A program made the translations under genes and the position numbers. Shown here piece after piece: positions 6,737-14,325 of a DNA stretch of 14,325 nt. Position 1 is the stretch's first letter. Every line of letters starts with the position of its first letter. The stretch spans positions 1 through 14,325 of the forward strand of contig CAYUTF010000084.1 of assembly GCA_964447495.1 (NCBI GenBank), written 5' to 3'. Under the pieces are notes generated by a model that did not search any database, was not told where the DNA came from, and was given only the letters and a program-made list of their open reading frames with translations. The stretch is from an uncultured archaeon (lineage in GTDB: Archaea > Asgardarchaeota > Lokiarchaeia > Sigyniarchaeales > SOKP01).

Positions 6737-7540
6737 ATGACAAAATTTGAACAAAATTTATCAGAACTAAAAAAAAAAGCGATTTTTTTTTTTGATTTAG
6801 ATGGTACTGTTTATTTAGGTAACCAATTATTCGAGGGGGTCCTTGATTTAATTGACCTATTAAAGAAAAAGCATAAGGCATACTTTTTTCTCTCAAATAA
6901 CTCAAGTTTATCTACCTCCGATTATCTCATCAAATTGAAAAAGCTCAATCTTCCTATTAAACGTGAAAATATAATATTATCTCAGCATCCAACAATTGAT
7001 TATTTACATAAAGAATCGTATAAAAACGTGTTTTTATTAGGAACTACATCTTTAAAGAAAGAATTTAGTGAAGCAGGGTTCAAATTAACTGAAGAAAACC
7101 CTGACATTTTAGTTTTAGCCTTTGATCAAGAATTAACTTATGCGAGATTAGAAAGAGCGTCAAAATTTCTCCAAAAGGGAATACCATATATTGCAACGCA
7201 TCTTGATAATAGATGTCCAATAGAGGATGGATTTATTCCTGACGCTGGTGGAATTGCAGCGTTACTTTACAAAACCACTGAACGTATGCCCAGAGTCTTT
7301 GGAAAACCAAATAAAGAGATGCTTTTGTTTAAATTAGAACAACTTAAATTACATCGCAATAGTGCAGTTATGACAGGAGATAGATTATATACTGATATTA
7401 AGATGGGACATAATGCCGGAATTACAACTTGTTGTGTATTATCAGGTGAAACAAATTTAGAAATGATAAAAAAAAGTGCTCAAATTAAACCCGATTTTAT
7501 TATTGATGGCATATGGAAGTTTCTTGATATTCTGACCTAA
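6737..7540 (+). CDS. HAD-superfamily hydrolase, subfamily IIA (NagD-like phosphatase)
   Basis: Motif I FFDLDGTVY, motif II LSNNS, motif III GKP, motif IV GDRLYTDI...G, and LSGET. Confidence 0.93.
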   Translation: MTKFEQNLSELKKKAIFFFDLDGTVYLGNQLFEGVLDLIDLLKKKHKAYFFLSNNSSLSTSDYLIKLKKLNLPIKRENIILSQHPTIDYLHKESYKNVFLLGTTSLKKEFSEAGFKLTEENPDILVLAFDQELTYARLERASKFLQKGIPYIATHLDNRCPIEDGFIPDAGGIAALLYKTTERMPRVFGKPNKEMLLFKLEQLKLHRNSAVMTGDRLYTDIKMGHNAGITTCCVLSGETNLEMIKKSAQIKPDFIIDGIWKFLDILT

Positions 7541-7549
7541 TTTTTTTTT
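7541..7549 (+). terminator. Oligo-T terminator
   Basis: T9 immediately after the HAD stop codon. Confidence 0.5.
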
Positions 7550-7585
7550 CCATATATCAATGTTCTATTATTTGTCAGTAGCTTA

Positions 7586-7599
7586 CGAAAATTTTATTT
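7586..7599 (+). promoter_or_regulatory. Putative BRE/TATA promoter upstream of ppdK
   Basis: CGAAAA-TTTTATTT resembles archaeal BRE plus TATA; an alternative TTATATAA lies at 7639-7646. Confidence 0.3.
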
Positions 7600-7696
7600 C
7601 ATAAGCAATATTATTAAAATTTAAGTAAATTTCGATTCTTATATAATCTTAATAAAGAATTTGAGTAGCATATAACATAAAATATAATGATGAACG

Positions 7697-10393
7697 ATGG
7701 CGACATCAGGTAAAAAGAAATATATATACGACTTTAATGAGGGAAGTAAAGAACTAAAGAATCTCTTAGGTGGCAAAGGTGCCAATTTGGGAGAAATGAC
7801 TAATTTAGGGCTTAATATCCCTCCAGGTTTTACAATAACGACTGAAGCGTGCTTAATTTATTTTAAGGACCCAAAAGCAATTATGCAAAAACTTGAGCCT
7901 CTTGTTATTGAGCATCTTAAAGAACTAGAACAAAAAACGGGTAAGAAATTTGGTGATAAAAAAAATCCATTATTAGTCTCAGTACGTTCAGGTGCTCCTA
8001 TGTCCATGCCCGGAATGATGGATACGGTATTAAATTTAGGACTTAATGATGAATCTGTAAAAGGAATGGCAGAACAAACTGGTAATCCGCGGTTTGCTTA
8101 CGATTCCTGGAGACGGTTTATTCAAATGTTCGGAGATGTATGTATGGGCATCGGAGATGAGAATTTCGAGAGAATTCTTGATAAATATAAACGTTCGATA
8201 TCTAGAACGGCTCAAGATACTGATTTAGAAGTTACTGATTTCCAAAACGTAATTGCTGATTATAAAGTCTTATATGAAAAAGAGATAGGTAGTCCTTTTC
8301 CGCAAGATCCCTATAAACAGCTTTTCATTGCAATTGAAGCTGTTTTTAAATCTTGGAATAACAAACGTGCTAAAACTTATCGTAGAATTAACAATATACC
8401 AAATTTTGGTACAGCTGTTAACATTCAAACCATGGTATTTGGAAATAAAGGATGGAATTCTGCTACTGGAGTAGCGTTTACTCGAGACCCATCAACAGGT
8501 GAAGATTTGAAATTCGGTGAATATTTAACTAATGCTCAAGGAGAGGATGTTGTTGCAGGAATAAGAACACCCAAAAAATTAGATGATATGGAGAGTGAAT
8601 TTCCAGAAATTTACAAAGAATTGAAAAAAACGATGGTCAAATTAGAACAACACTATCGGGACATGCAGGATATTGAATTTACTATTGAGAATGGAAAACT
8701 CTACCTTTTACAAACTAGAAATGGAAAGCGGACACCTTCTGCTGCGGTTAAAATTGCAGTGGATATGGTTAAAGAGGGCATGATAACTAAAGAAGAAGCT
8801 ATTTTGAGTATAGATACGTTTAAGATTTCAAAACTATTATTTAAAAGCATAGATGAGAATGCAATTATTCGTGTTTTAGCTACAGGAATCAACGCATCTC
8901 CTGGAGCGGTTTCAGGAATAGCGATATTTGATCCTGATACTGCAGAGCATTTAGCAAATACAGAACACCAAGAAATCATCTTAGTGAGACCCCAAACTAA
9001 ACCAGAAGATATTCATGGTTTATACGCTTCAAGTGGTGTTTTGACTCAGTTTGGAGGAAAAACATCTCATGCGGCGGTTGTTGCGAGAGGAATTGGAAAA
9101 CCCGCTGTTGTTGGTGCTCAAGATATTGAAATTGATGTAGAAAACAAAGAATTTAGGGTTGGAGATACCATTATAAAAGAAGGGGAGATGATTACTATTG
9201 ATGGAACAACTGGACGGGTAATTGAGGGAAAAGTAGCCTTAGTTGAACCTGAAATTAAAGGGGAATTCTCTGAGTTATTAGCAATGGCAGATAAAATTAA
9301 ATCTTTGGGCGTACGCGCCAATGCAGATACTCCCACAGATGCGAAAAAAGCCATAGAGTTTGGCGCAGAAGGTATAGGGCTTTGCAGAACTGAACATATG
9401 TTCATGGCTCAAGATAGATTGCCTGTTGTTCAGAATATGATTATGGCAAGAACACAAGAAGAAAGACAAGATGCTCTCAATAAGATTTTGCCAATGCAAA
9501 AAGGTGACTTTTATGAAATTTTTAAAATCATGGAAGGTAAACCGGTCACTATACGTTTACTTGATCCTCCTCTGCATGAATTTCTTCCAGAGTTATCCAC
9601 TGTTCTATTAGAAAGCCAAGAGTTAAAAATGACGAATTCTCTTTCTAAATCTCTTTTAGATATTTCGCCTCTTGATGATGAGATAAAAAAGAAAAATAAA
9701 GTTATATCATTAATCCGTTCATTATCTGAGGAGAATCCGATGATGGGATTGCGCGGTTGCCGGTTAGGGATTGTCTGGCCTGAAATAAATGAAATGCAGG
9801 TGAAAGCGATCTTTCAAGCAGCGTGTGAGTTGAAATTGCAAGGGATTGAAGTGTTCCCAGAAGTAATGATTCCATTAGTTGGAATGATCTCTGAATTAAA
9901 ACTTGTAAAAGATCAGCTCATCAAAGTTGCAAAGGATACCATTGATAGTTATGGAGTAAAATTAAATTACAAATTTGGGACCATGATAGAGATACCTCGA
10001 GCGGCTTTAACTGCGGATGAAATAGCTACAGAAGCAGAATTCTTTTCCTTCGGTACGAATGATTTGACCCAGATGACTTTTGGATTCAGTAGAGACGATG
10101 CAGAAGGAAAGTTTCTTCCGATCTATCTGAATAAAGAGATTTTAGAGCACAATCCTTTTGAAACCCTTGATCAAAAAGGTGTTGGTAAGTTAATGAAAAT
10201 GGCAATAAAGGATGGAAGACATACTCGACCTGATTTAAAGTGTGGTATTTGTGGAGAACATGGGGGTGAACCAACATCAATTAAGTTCGGTCATTCGATA
10301 GGGCTAAATTACGTTTCTTGCTCTCCTTTTAGAATTCCTGTTGCTAGATTAGCAGCTGCTCAAGCAGCAATTGAACAGAAAAAGAAGAAGTAA
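7697..10393 (+). CDS. ppdK: Pyruvate, phosphate dikinase
   Basis: LLGGKGANL, PLLVSVRSGA.SMPGMMDTVLNLGLND, NAQGEDVVAGIRTP, phospho-His motif GGKTSHAAVVARG, GIGLCRTEHMF, FFSFGTNDLTQ and CGEHGG; 898 aa. Confidence 0.98.
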   Translation: MATSGKKKYIYDFNEGSKELKNLLGGKGANLGEMTNLGLNIPPGFTITTEACLIYFKDPKAIMQKLEPLVIEHLKELEQKTGKKFGDKKNPLLVSVRSGAPMSMPGMMDTVLNLGLNDESVKGMAEQTGNPRFAYDSWRRFIQMFGDVCMGIGDENFERILDKYKRSISRTAQDTDLEVTDFQNVIADYKVLYEKEIGSPFPQDPYKQLFIAIEAVFKSWNNKRAKTYRRINNIPNFGTAVNIQTMVFGNKGWNSATGVAFTRDPSTGEDLKFGEYLTNAQGEDVVAGIRTPKKLDDMESEFPEIYKELKKTMVKLEQHYRDMQDIEFTIENGKLYLLQTRNGKRTPSAAVKIAVDMVKEGMITKEEAILSIDTFKISKLLFKSIDENAIIRVLATGINASPGAVSGIAIFDPDTAEHLANTEHQEIILVRPQTKPEDIHGLYASSGVLTQFGGKTSHAAVVARGIGKPAVVGAQDIEIDVENKEFRVGDTIIKEGEMITIDGTTGRVIEGKVALVEPEIKGEFSELLAMADKIKSLGVRANADTPTDAKKAIEFGAEGIGLCRTEHMFMAQDRLPVVQNMIMARTQEERQDALNKILPMQKGDFYEIFKIMEGKPVTIRLLDPPLHEFLPELSTVLLESQELKMTNSLSKSLLDISPLDDEIKKKNKVISLIRSLSEENPMMGLRGCRLGIVWPEINEMQVKAIFQAACELKLQGIEVFPEVMIPLVGMISELKLVKDQLIKVAKDTIDSYGVKLNYKFGTMIEIPRAALTADEIATEAEFFSFGTNDLTQMTFGFSRDDAEGKFLPIYLNKEILEHNPFETLDQKGVGKLMKMAIKDGRHTRPDLKCGICGEHGGEPTSIKFGHSIGLNYVSCSPFRIPVARLAAAQAAIEQKKKK

Positions 10394-10547
10394 GCTCCTT
10401 TTTCTAATTATTATTCTAATGTTTATGCAATTATATTTATTTATAATAACTCTTTAGTTTCAAATATCAAAAGAAGGGTATTAGTAAGAAATATATCGAT
10501 TATTTCATTATAATGACTAATTTAAATACATAAATGATGTTGATAAA

Positions 10548-11657
10548 ATGACGTTAACAATAGAAGAAAGAGTGGATTTAATAAAAGAAGTTGGTGAAGA
10601 AGTCATTGAAGTTGAGGAATTAAAAGAATTAATTAAATGGAAAACGAAAAATAATCAACCTATTTATGCTTATGATGGATTTGAACCTTCTGGAAATATT
10701 CATATAGCACAAGGTCTTTTAAGAGCTATAAATGTGAATAAAATGACCAAAGCTGGTGTCAAATTTAAATTTTTAATTGCTGATTGGCACGCAGCTGCTA
10801 ATAAGAAGTTCAATGGAAATCTAGATATTATTAAGAAAGTTGGGGATTTTTTTATAGAAGTATGGAAAGTATGCGGCATGGATTTAGATAACGTCGAATT
10901 TATCTATGCTTCTGATTTTGCGAAAATTCCTCGTTATTGGGAACTAGTTTTAAAAATTGCTATAAATACAACTCTAAAACGGGTGAAACGATGCACTCAA
11001 ATTATGGGAAGGAAAGAATCGGATAAATTATATGCTTCTCAAATTCTCTACCCTTTAATGCAAGCAGCAGATATATTTTATATTCCTGCAGATATTTGCC
11101 AATTGGGATTAGATCAAAGGAAAGTTAATATGTTAGCACGAGAAATCGCAAAAGTATTGGATAAACCTAAGCCAATAGCAGTTCATCACCATATGTTGCT
11201 TGGTTTAAATAAGCCTCCTGATATTGATTTAACAGGGGTAGATAGAGCAATAGAACTTAAAATGTCGAAATCCAACCCTGATTCTGCTGTATTTATGTTA
11301 GATACACCTGAAAATGTAAAAAGAAAAATAAATAAAGCTTATTGTCCTCCAAAAGACATTAATGAAAACCCAATCTTGGAATATTGTAAGTATATTATAT
11401 TCGAGTTGGTAGAATCATTTAAGATTGAACGACCTGATAAATATGGTGGGAATGTTGAATATCATACTTACGAAGATCTTGAAAAAGATTATACTCAAGG
11501 AAATTTAAATCCTCCGGACTTAAAGCCGGCAGTTTATAAATATCTTAATTCCTTTTTAGACCCTATCCGCAAGCATTTTGAAGTAGATCAAAAAGCGAAA
11601 GAGTTATATTTATTTGTTAAAAAAGAAGATAAAAAAGATAAGGATAGAAGGAAATAA
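10548..11657 (+). CDS. tyrS: Tyrosine--tRNA ligase (archaeal/eukaryotic type)
   Basis: AYDGFEPSG, HIGH-like HIAQG, YPLMQAADI, QLGLDQRKVNMLARE, KMSKS and AYCP. Confidence 0.97.
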   Translation: MTLTIEERVDLIKEVGEEVIEVEELKELIKWKTKNNQPIYAYDGFEPSGNIHIAQGLLRAINVNKMTKAGVKFKFLIADWHAAANKKFNGNLDIIKKVGDFFIEVWKVCGMDLDNVEFIYASDFAKIPRYWELVLKIAINTTLKRVKRCTQIMGRKESDKLYASQILYPLMQAADIFYIPADICQLGLDQRKVNMLAREIAKVLDKPKPIAVHHHMLLGLNKPPDIDLTGVDRAIELKMSKSNPDSAVFMLDTPENVKRKINKAYCPPKDINENPILEYCKYIIFELVESFKIERPDKYGGNVEYHTYEDLEKDYTQGNLNPPDLKPAVYKYLNSFLDPIRKHFEVDQKAKELYLFVKKEDKKDKDRRK

Positions 11658-11666
11658 TACTTAACT

Positions 11667-12296
11667 ATGGTTCATATACTTTTAACGGGAGATTCTCATA
11701 TACCACAAAGAGCATCTAAGATTGCTGATGAGATCTATAGAAAAATTAACAATATTGCAACTAAGAACCTATTTGATTATACTCTTTTCACAGGAGATCT
11801 AATTGACGCTCCAGAATTTATGGATTTCTTAAATAACAAAACAAAAAAGGAAGTATTTAAAGTAATTGGGAATATGGACTATTATGGTGGCAATAGAAAT
11901 CTTCCTCAATCTCGAAGCTTAAAAATCTCTTTAACTGGAAATGAATCTATCTCGATTGGTTTAATCCATGGTCACCAGATAACTCCAAGGGGAGATCATA
12001 GTCAATTAGAGTACTTAGCTCTTGAAAATAATTATAATATACTAGTCTCAGGACACACCCATAAAGAGGAGGTCTTTTTAACAAGAAAAGGGATTCTGTT
12101 GCTAAATCCTGGAAGTATAACAGGTGCTTGGTCTTTTGTTGCAAGTGGTAATTACTCCTTTATAAGTATGAAAATTGATGAGAAACTTAAAGAAATCTCT
12201 GTTAAGCTCTTTCAATATAATAATAAATCTAACAAATTTAATGAATCAGAATCTTTCTTTATATATGTTGATAGGATAATCAACCCTAAATATTAG
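11667..12296 (+). CDS. Vps29/YfcE (MJ0936)-family metallophosphoesterase
   Basis: GDSHIP, TGD, GNMD, IGLIHGHQ, LVSGHTH and NPGS.TGA motifs; starts 9 nt after tyrS. Confidence 0.92.
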   Translation: MVHILLTGDSHIPQRASKIADEIYRKINNIATKNLFDYTLFTGDLIDAPEFMDFLNNKTKKEVFKVIGNMDYYGGNRNLPQSRSLKISLTGNESISIGLIHGHQITPRGDHSQLEYLALENNYNILVSGHTHKEEVFLTRKGILLLNPGSITGAWSFVASGNYSFISMKIDEKLKEISVKLFQYNNKSNKFNESESFFIYVDRIINPKY

Positions 12297-12369
12297 AACT
12301 TCAATATTTGATGATATAGCTTTTAAAATTCAGATAAATAAAAATTGAAAAGGAAGATAAAAGATTTTC

Positions 12370-12795
12370 TTATTTTGGCATCTTAACCTTATCTAAAACG
12401 AGAATTTTCGGAAGTTTTAATAGAAGCCCGATATTCCTCTTGCCATTACTTCCTTTATCATATCGAAGTTTCCTAAACCCAAATCTGTTTTTCTTTAACA
12501 TCATATGGAGCGTTGAATTTTCCCTATTAGAGAAATACATCATATCTTCCGGAGTAGAAATTATCTCTAGATCATATTCTGTCAATTTATCTCTACCAAG
12601 AGTATAATTACCATTTTCTGCCGTAAGATGTACCCAGAATATATAATCCTCTTCAATGTGGAGTCCTAAATTAATTTTGGCTGTGAGATTATTAATGGTT
12701 TTTAAATTTTTTGGGTACTTTCGCTTATCATCTATAATACTATCAATAACTCCTTTAAAAGTAATGAATAAATTATTCTTTTCAGATTCATCCAT
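12370..12795 (-). CDS. Hypothetical protein, probably a divergent SCP2-like lipid-binding fold
   Basis: 141 aa with SD GAGGT upstream. Alternating beta pattern, then YDLEIISTPEDMMYFS....STLHMML...KLR, which resembles the SCP2 C-terminal pattern. Confidence 0.55.
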   Translation of the reverse strand: MDESEKNNLFITFKGVIDSIIDDKRKYPKNLKTINNLTAKINLGLHIEEDYIFWVHLTAENGNYTLGRDKLTEYDLEIISTPEDMMYFSNRENSTLHMMLKKNRFGFRKLRYDKGSNGKRNIGLLLKLPKILVLDKVKMPK

Positions 12796-12832
12796 TGTTT
12801 TTCTACCTCTTATTTTATTACTATCATGCTAG

Positions 12833-12850
12833 TCTAAATCTAAATCTAAA
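12833..12850. repeat. Short tandem repeat (TCTAAA)x3, followed by degenerate TTAAA/TTAAG
   Basis: Read directly from the sequence in the divergent intergenic region. Confidence 0.6.
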
Positions 12851-12909
12851 TTAAATTAAGATAAATTTTTTCGGTTAATAATTTATTTAATTTACAAAAA
12901 ATATAAGTA

Positions 12910-12917
12910 TTTATAAA
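12910..12917 (+). promoter_or_regulatory. Putative TATA box for the ADH gene
   Basis: TTTATAAA about 60 nt upstream of the ATG at 12976; SD AGGTGA at 12961-12966. Confidence 0.4.
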
Positions 12918-12975
12918 TTAATTAAATTAAGAAGTATAAGTAATTTTACTTAACTGTAAAAGGTGAAATGAAATA

Positions 12976-14172
12976 ATGTGGTTCTTTTTTTCTCCGAATA
13001 TAATTTACGGACCTGACGCAATAGATTTTATAGAAAATATTTCAGGAAAGAAATGTTTTATAGTAACAGATAAAGTTATTGAAGAGTTAGGCTATCTAAA
13101 GATTTTAACCGATGTTTTGGATAAATTTGGCAAAGAATACGAAGTTTTTAATGAAGTTCTTCCTGACCCTCGAGAAGAAGGCGTATTAAAAGCTAGAGAG
13201 TTATGTTTGAACTATAAACCGGACATAATTTTTGCTCTAGGTGGTGGTTCTGTTATGGATACTGCGAAAACTCTATGGGCTTTGTATGAATTCCCAGAAT
13301 TTAAACTCGATGATATTCATCCTTTTAGAAGTGATTTATATGAAATGGGCAAGAAAGCAAAACTAGTAGCAATTCCTACTACATCCGGAACAGGCGCAGA
13401 AACAACCTATGTGACTGTTATATCACGATATGAGGAAGAGATTTGGAAAAAATTTTTATTCCTCCATCGAGGATTAATCCCAACTTATGCTATTGTAGAT
13501 CCTATTTTTCCGAAGGGAATGCCACCAAAATTAACTGCTGACACGGGATTTGATGCGCTAGCTCATTCTATAGAGGGTTTGGGCACTATTTGGCGGAATG
13601 AATTTAGTAACGCTTTAGCATTAAAAGCAATTGAATTAATTTTTAAGTACTTACCAATTGCTTGTAAAGATGGAAATAATGAAGAGGCAAGAGATTATAT
13701 GCATCAAGCAGCAACCATAGCGGGATTAGCATTTGGTAATGGGAATGTCCATATTGGTCATACAATGGGACATAGTTGGGGTGCATTATATCATGTTCCT
13801 CATGGACGATCTGTGGGTATACTCTGCAGATATGTAACCCAATTCATTTTAAATGATCCAGATAATGATGAGACCATAAAAATCTATGCAAAACTCTCTA
13901 AACAATTAGGCTGGGTTAAATGGGACGAAGATGATAAAAAAGCTGCGTTTAAAGTAATTGATAAGATTAAAGAACTTCAGAGAGAAGTGGGGTTCCCTCA
14001 AGCATTAAAGGAAACCGGCATAAGTAGGGAAGACCTTGATTCTAATTTAGACACGCTCCTAAATTTATGCTATCAAGATGCAAGTGCTGTTTTAACACCT
14101 CGCTCTCCAAGCCCAGATGAATTTAAAGAGATCTATAAATATGCTTTTGAAGGAAAAGACATTGATTTTTAA
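12976..14172 (+). CDS. Iron-containing (group III) alcohol dehydrogenase
   Basis: ALGGGSVMDTAK, AIPTTSGTGAE, AIVDP, and metal ligands in DALAH, H.MGH and VPHG. Confidence 0.95.
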   Translation: MWFFFSPNIIYGPDAIDFIENISGKKCFIVTDKVIEELGYLKILTDVLDKFGKEYEVFNEVLPDPREEGVLKARELCLNYKPDIIFALGGGSVMDTAKTLWALYEFPEFKLDDIHPFRSDLYEMGKKAKLVAIPTTSGTGAETTYVTVISRYEEEIWKKFLFLHRGLIPTYAIVDPIFPKGMPPKLTADTGFDALAHSIEGLGTIWRNEFSNALALKAIELIFKYLPIACKDGNNEEARDYMHQAATIAGLAFGNGNVHIGHTMGHSWGALYHVPHGRSVGILCRYVTQFILNDPDNDETIKIYAKLSKQLGWVKWDEDDKKAAFKVIDKIKELQREVGFPQALKETGISREDLDSNLDTLLNLCYQDASAVLTPRSPSPDEFKEIYKYAFEGKDIDF

Positions 14173-14187
14173 ATTCTATGTTATTCC

Positions 14188-14216
14188 TTTTTTTATTTAT
14201 TAATTTAGTCCTTTTT
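14188..14216 (+). terminator. Oligo-T terminator region
   Basis: T-runs downstream of the ADH stop. Confidence 0.4.
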
Positions 14217-14325
14217 ATAATGATTTCGGGGTCTTAATATTCCTTTTCCGAAAATGTTAAACATATAAATAAAAATTTTATATTATTTTTGTAAAGAAGT
14301 ATAAAATCATAATTTAAGATACGAT

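Noticed and set aside
8701-10280. Four antisense ORFs within ppdK
   Set aside because: Typical antisense shadows of a highly conserved gene.
11947-12144. Antisense 65-aa ORF
   Set aside because: It overlaps the conserved motifs of the phosphoesterase and has no independent support.
12968-12976. Mini-uORF ATG AAA TAA overlapping the ADH start
   Set aside because: The SD (GGTGA, 12962-12966) is only 1 nt from this ATG but 9 nt from the ADH ATG; probably incidental.
1-14325. Mobile elements, defence systems, rRNA/tRNA genes
   Set aside because: No transposase, integrase, nuclease or Cas motifs, terminal repeats, or long GC-rich structured RNA segments were seen.

Overview
AT-rich archaeal chromosomal window, most likely Asgard (Lokiarchaeia/Promethearchaeota-like). 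This assignment is inferred from archaeal-type TyrRS and PPAT, DUF1512, GGTGA/GAGGT ribosome-binding sites, oligo-T terminators, two SCP2 proteins, a double-zinc-ribbon membrane protein and a very Vps29-like metallophosphoesterase. Thirteen probable genes in order: coaD (its N-terminus is missed by the ORF track and probably starts at ATT), a 2-TM Zn-ribbon protein, DUF1512, SCP2, a CBS-pair/4-TM protein, an RGG/ectodomain/DZR membrane protein, an internally duplicated membrane protein, a NagD-like HAD, ppdK, tyrS, a Vps29/YfcE-like phosphoesterase, a divergent SCP2-like protein and an Fe-containing ADH. No rRNA, tRNA, CRISPR array or mobile element was seen. The best candidate for an undescribed system is the two-gene membrane operon at 3343-5839. 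It pairs an adenylate-sensor-like CBS tetraspan protein with a receptor-like protein carrying a eukaryote-style RGG/aromatic low-complexity tail, an ectodomain reminiscent of plant APD1-4 E3 ligases, and C-terminal zinc ribbons. Other leads are the Vps29-like protein, a possible circularly permuted HybD/YyaC protease fold in DUF1512, and a hairpin plus small-ORF unit at 205-360. All family assignments come from motif recognition by eye, not database searches.
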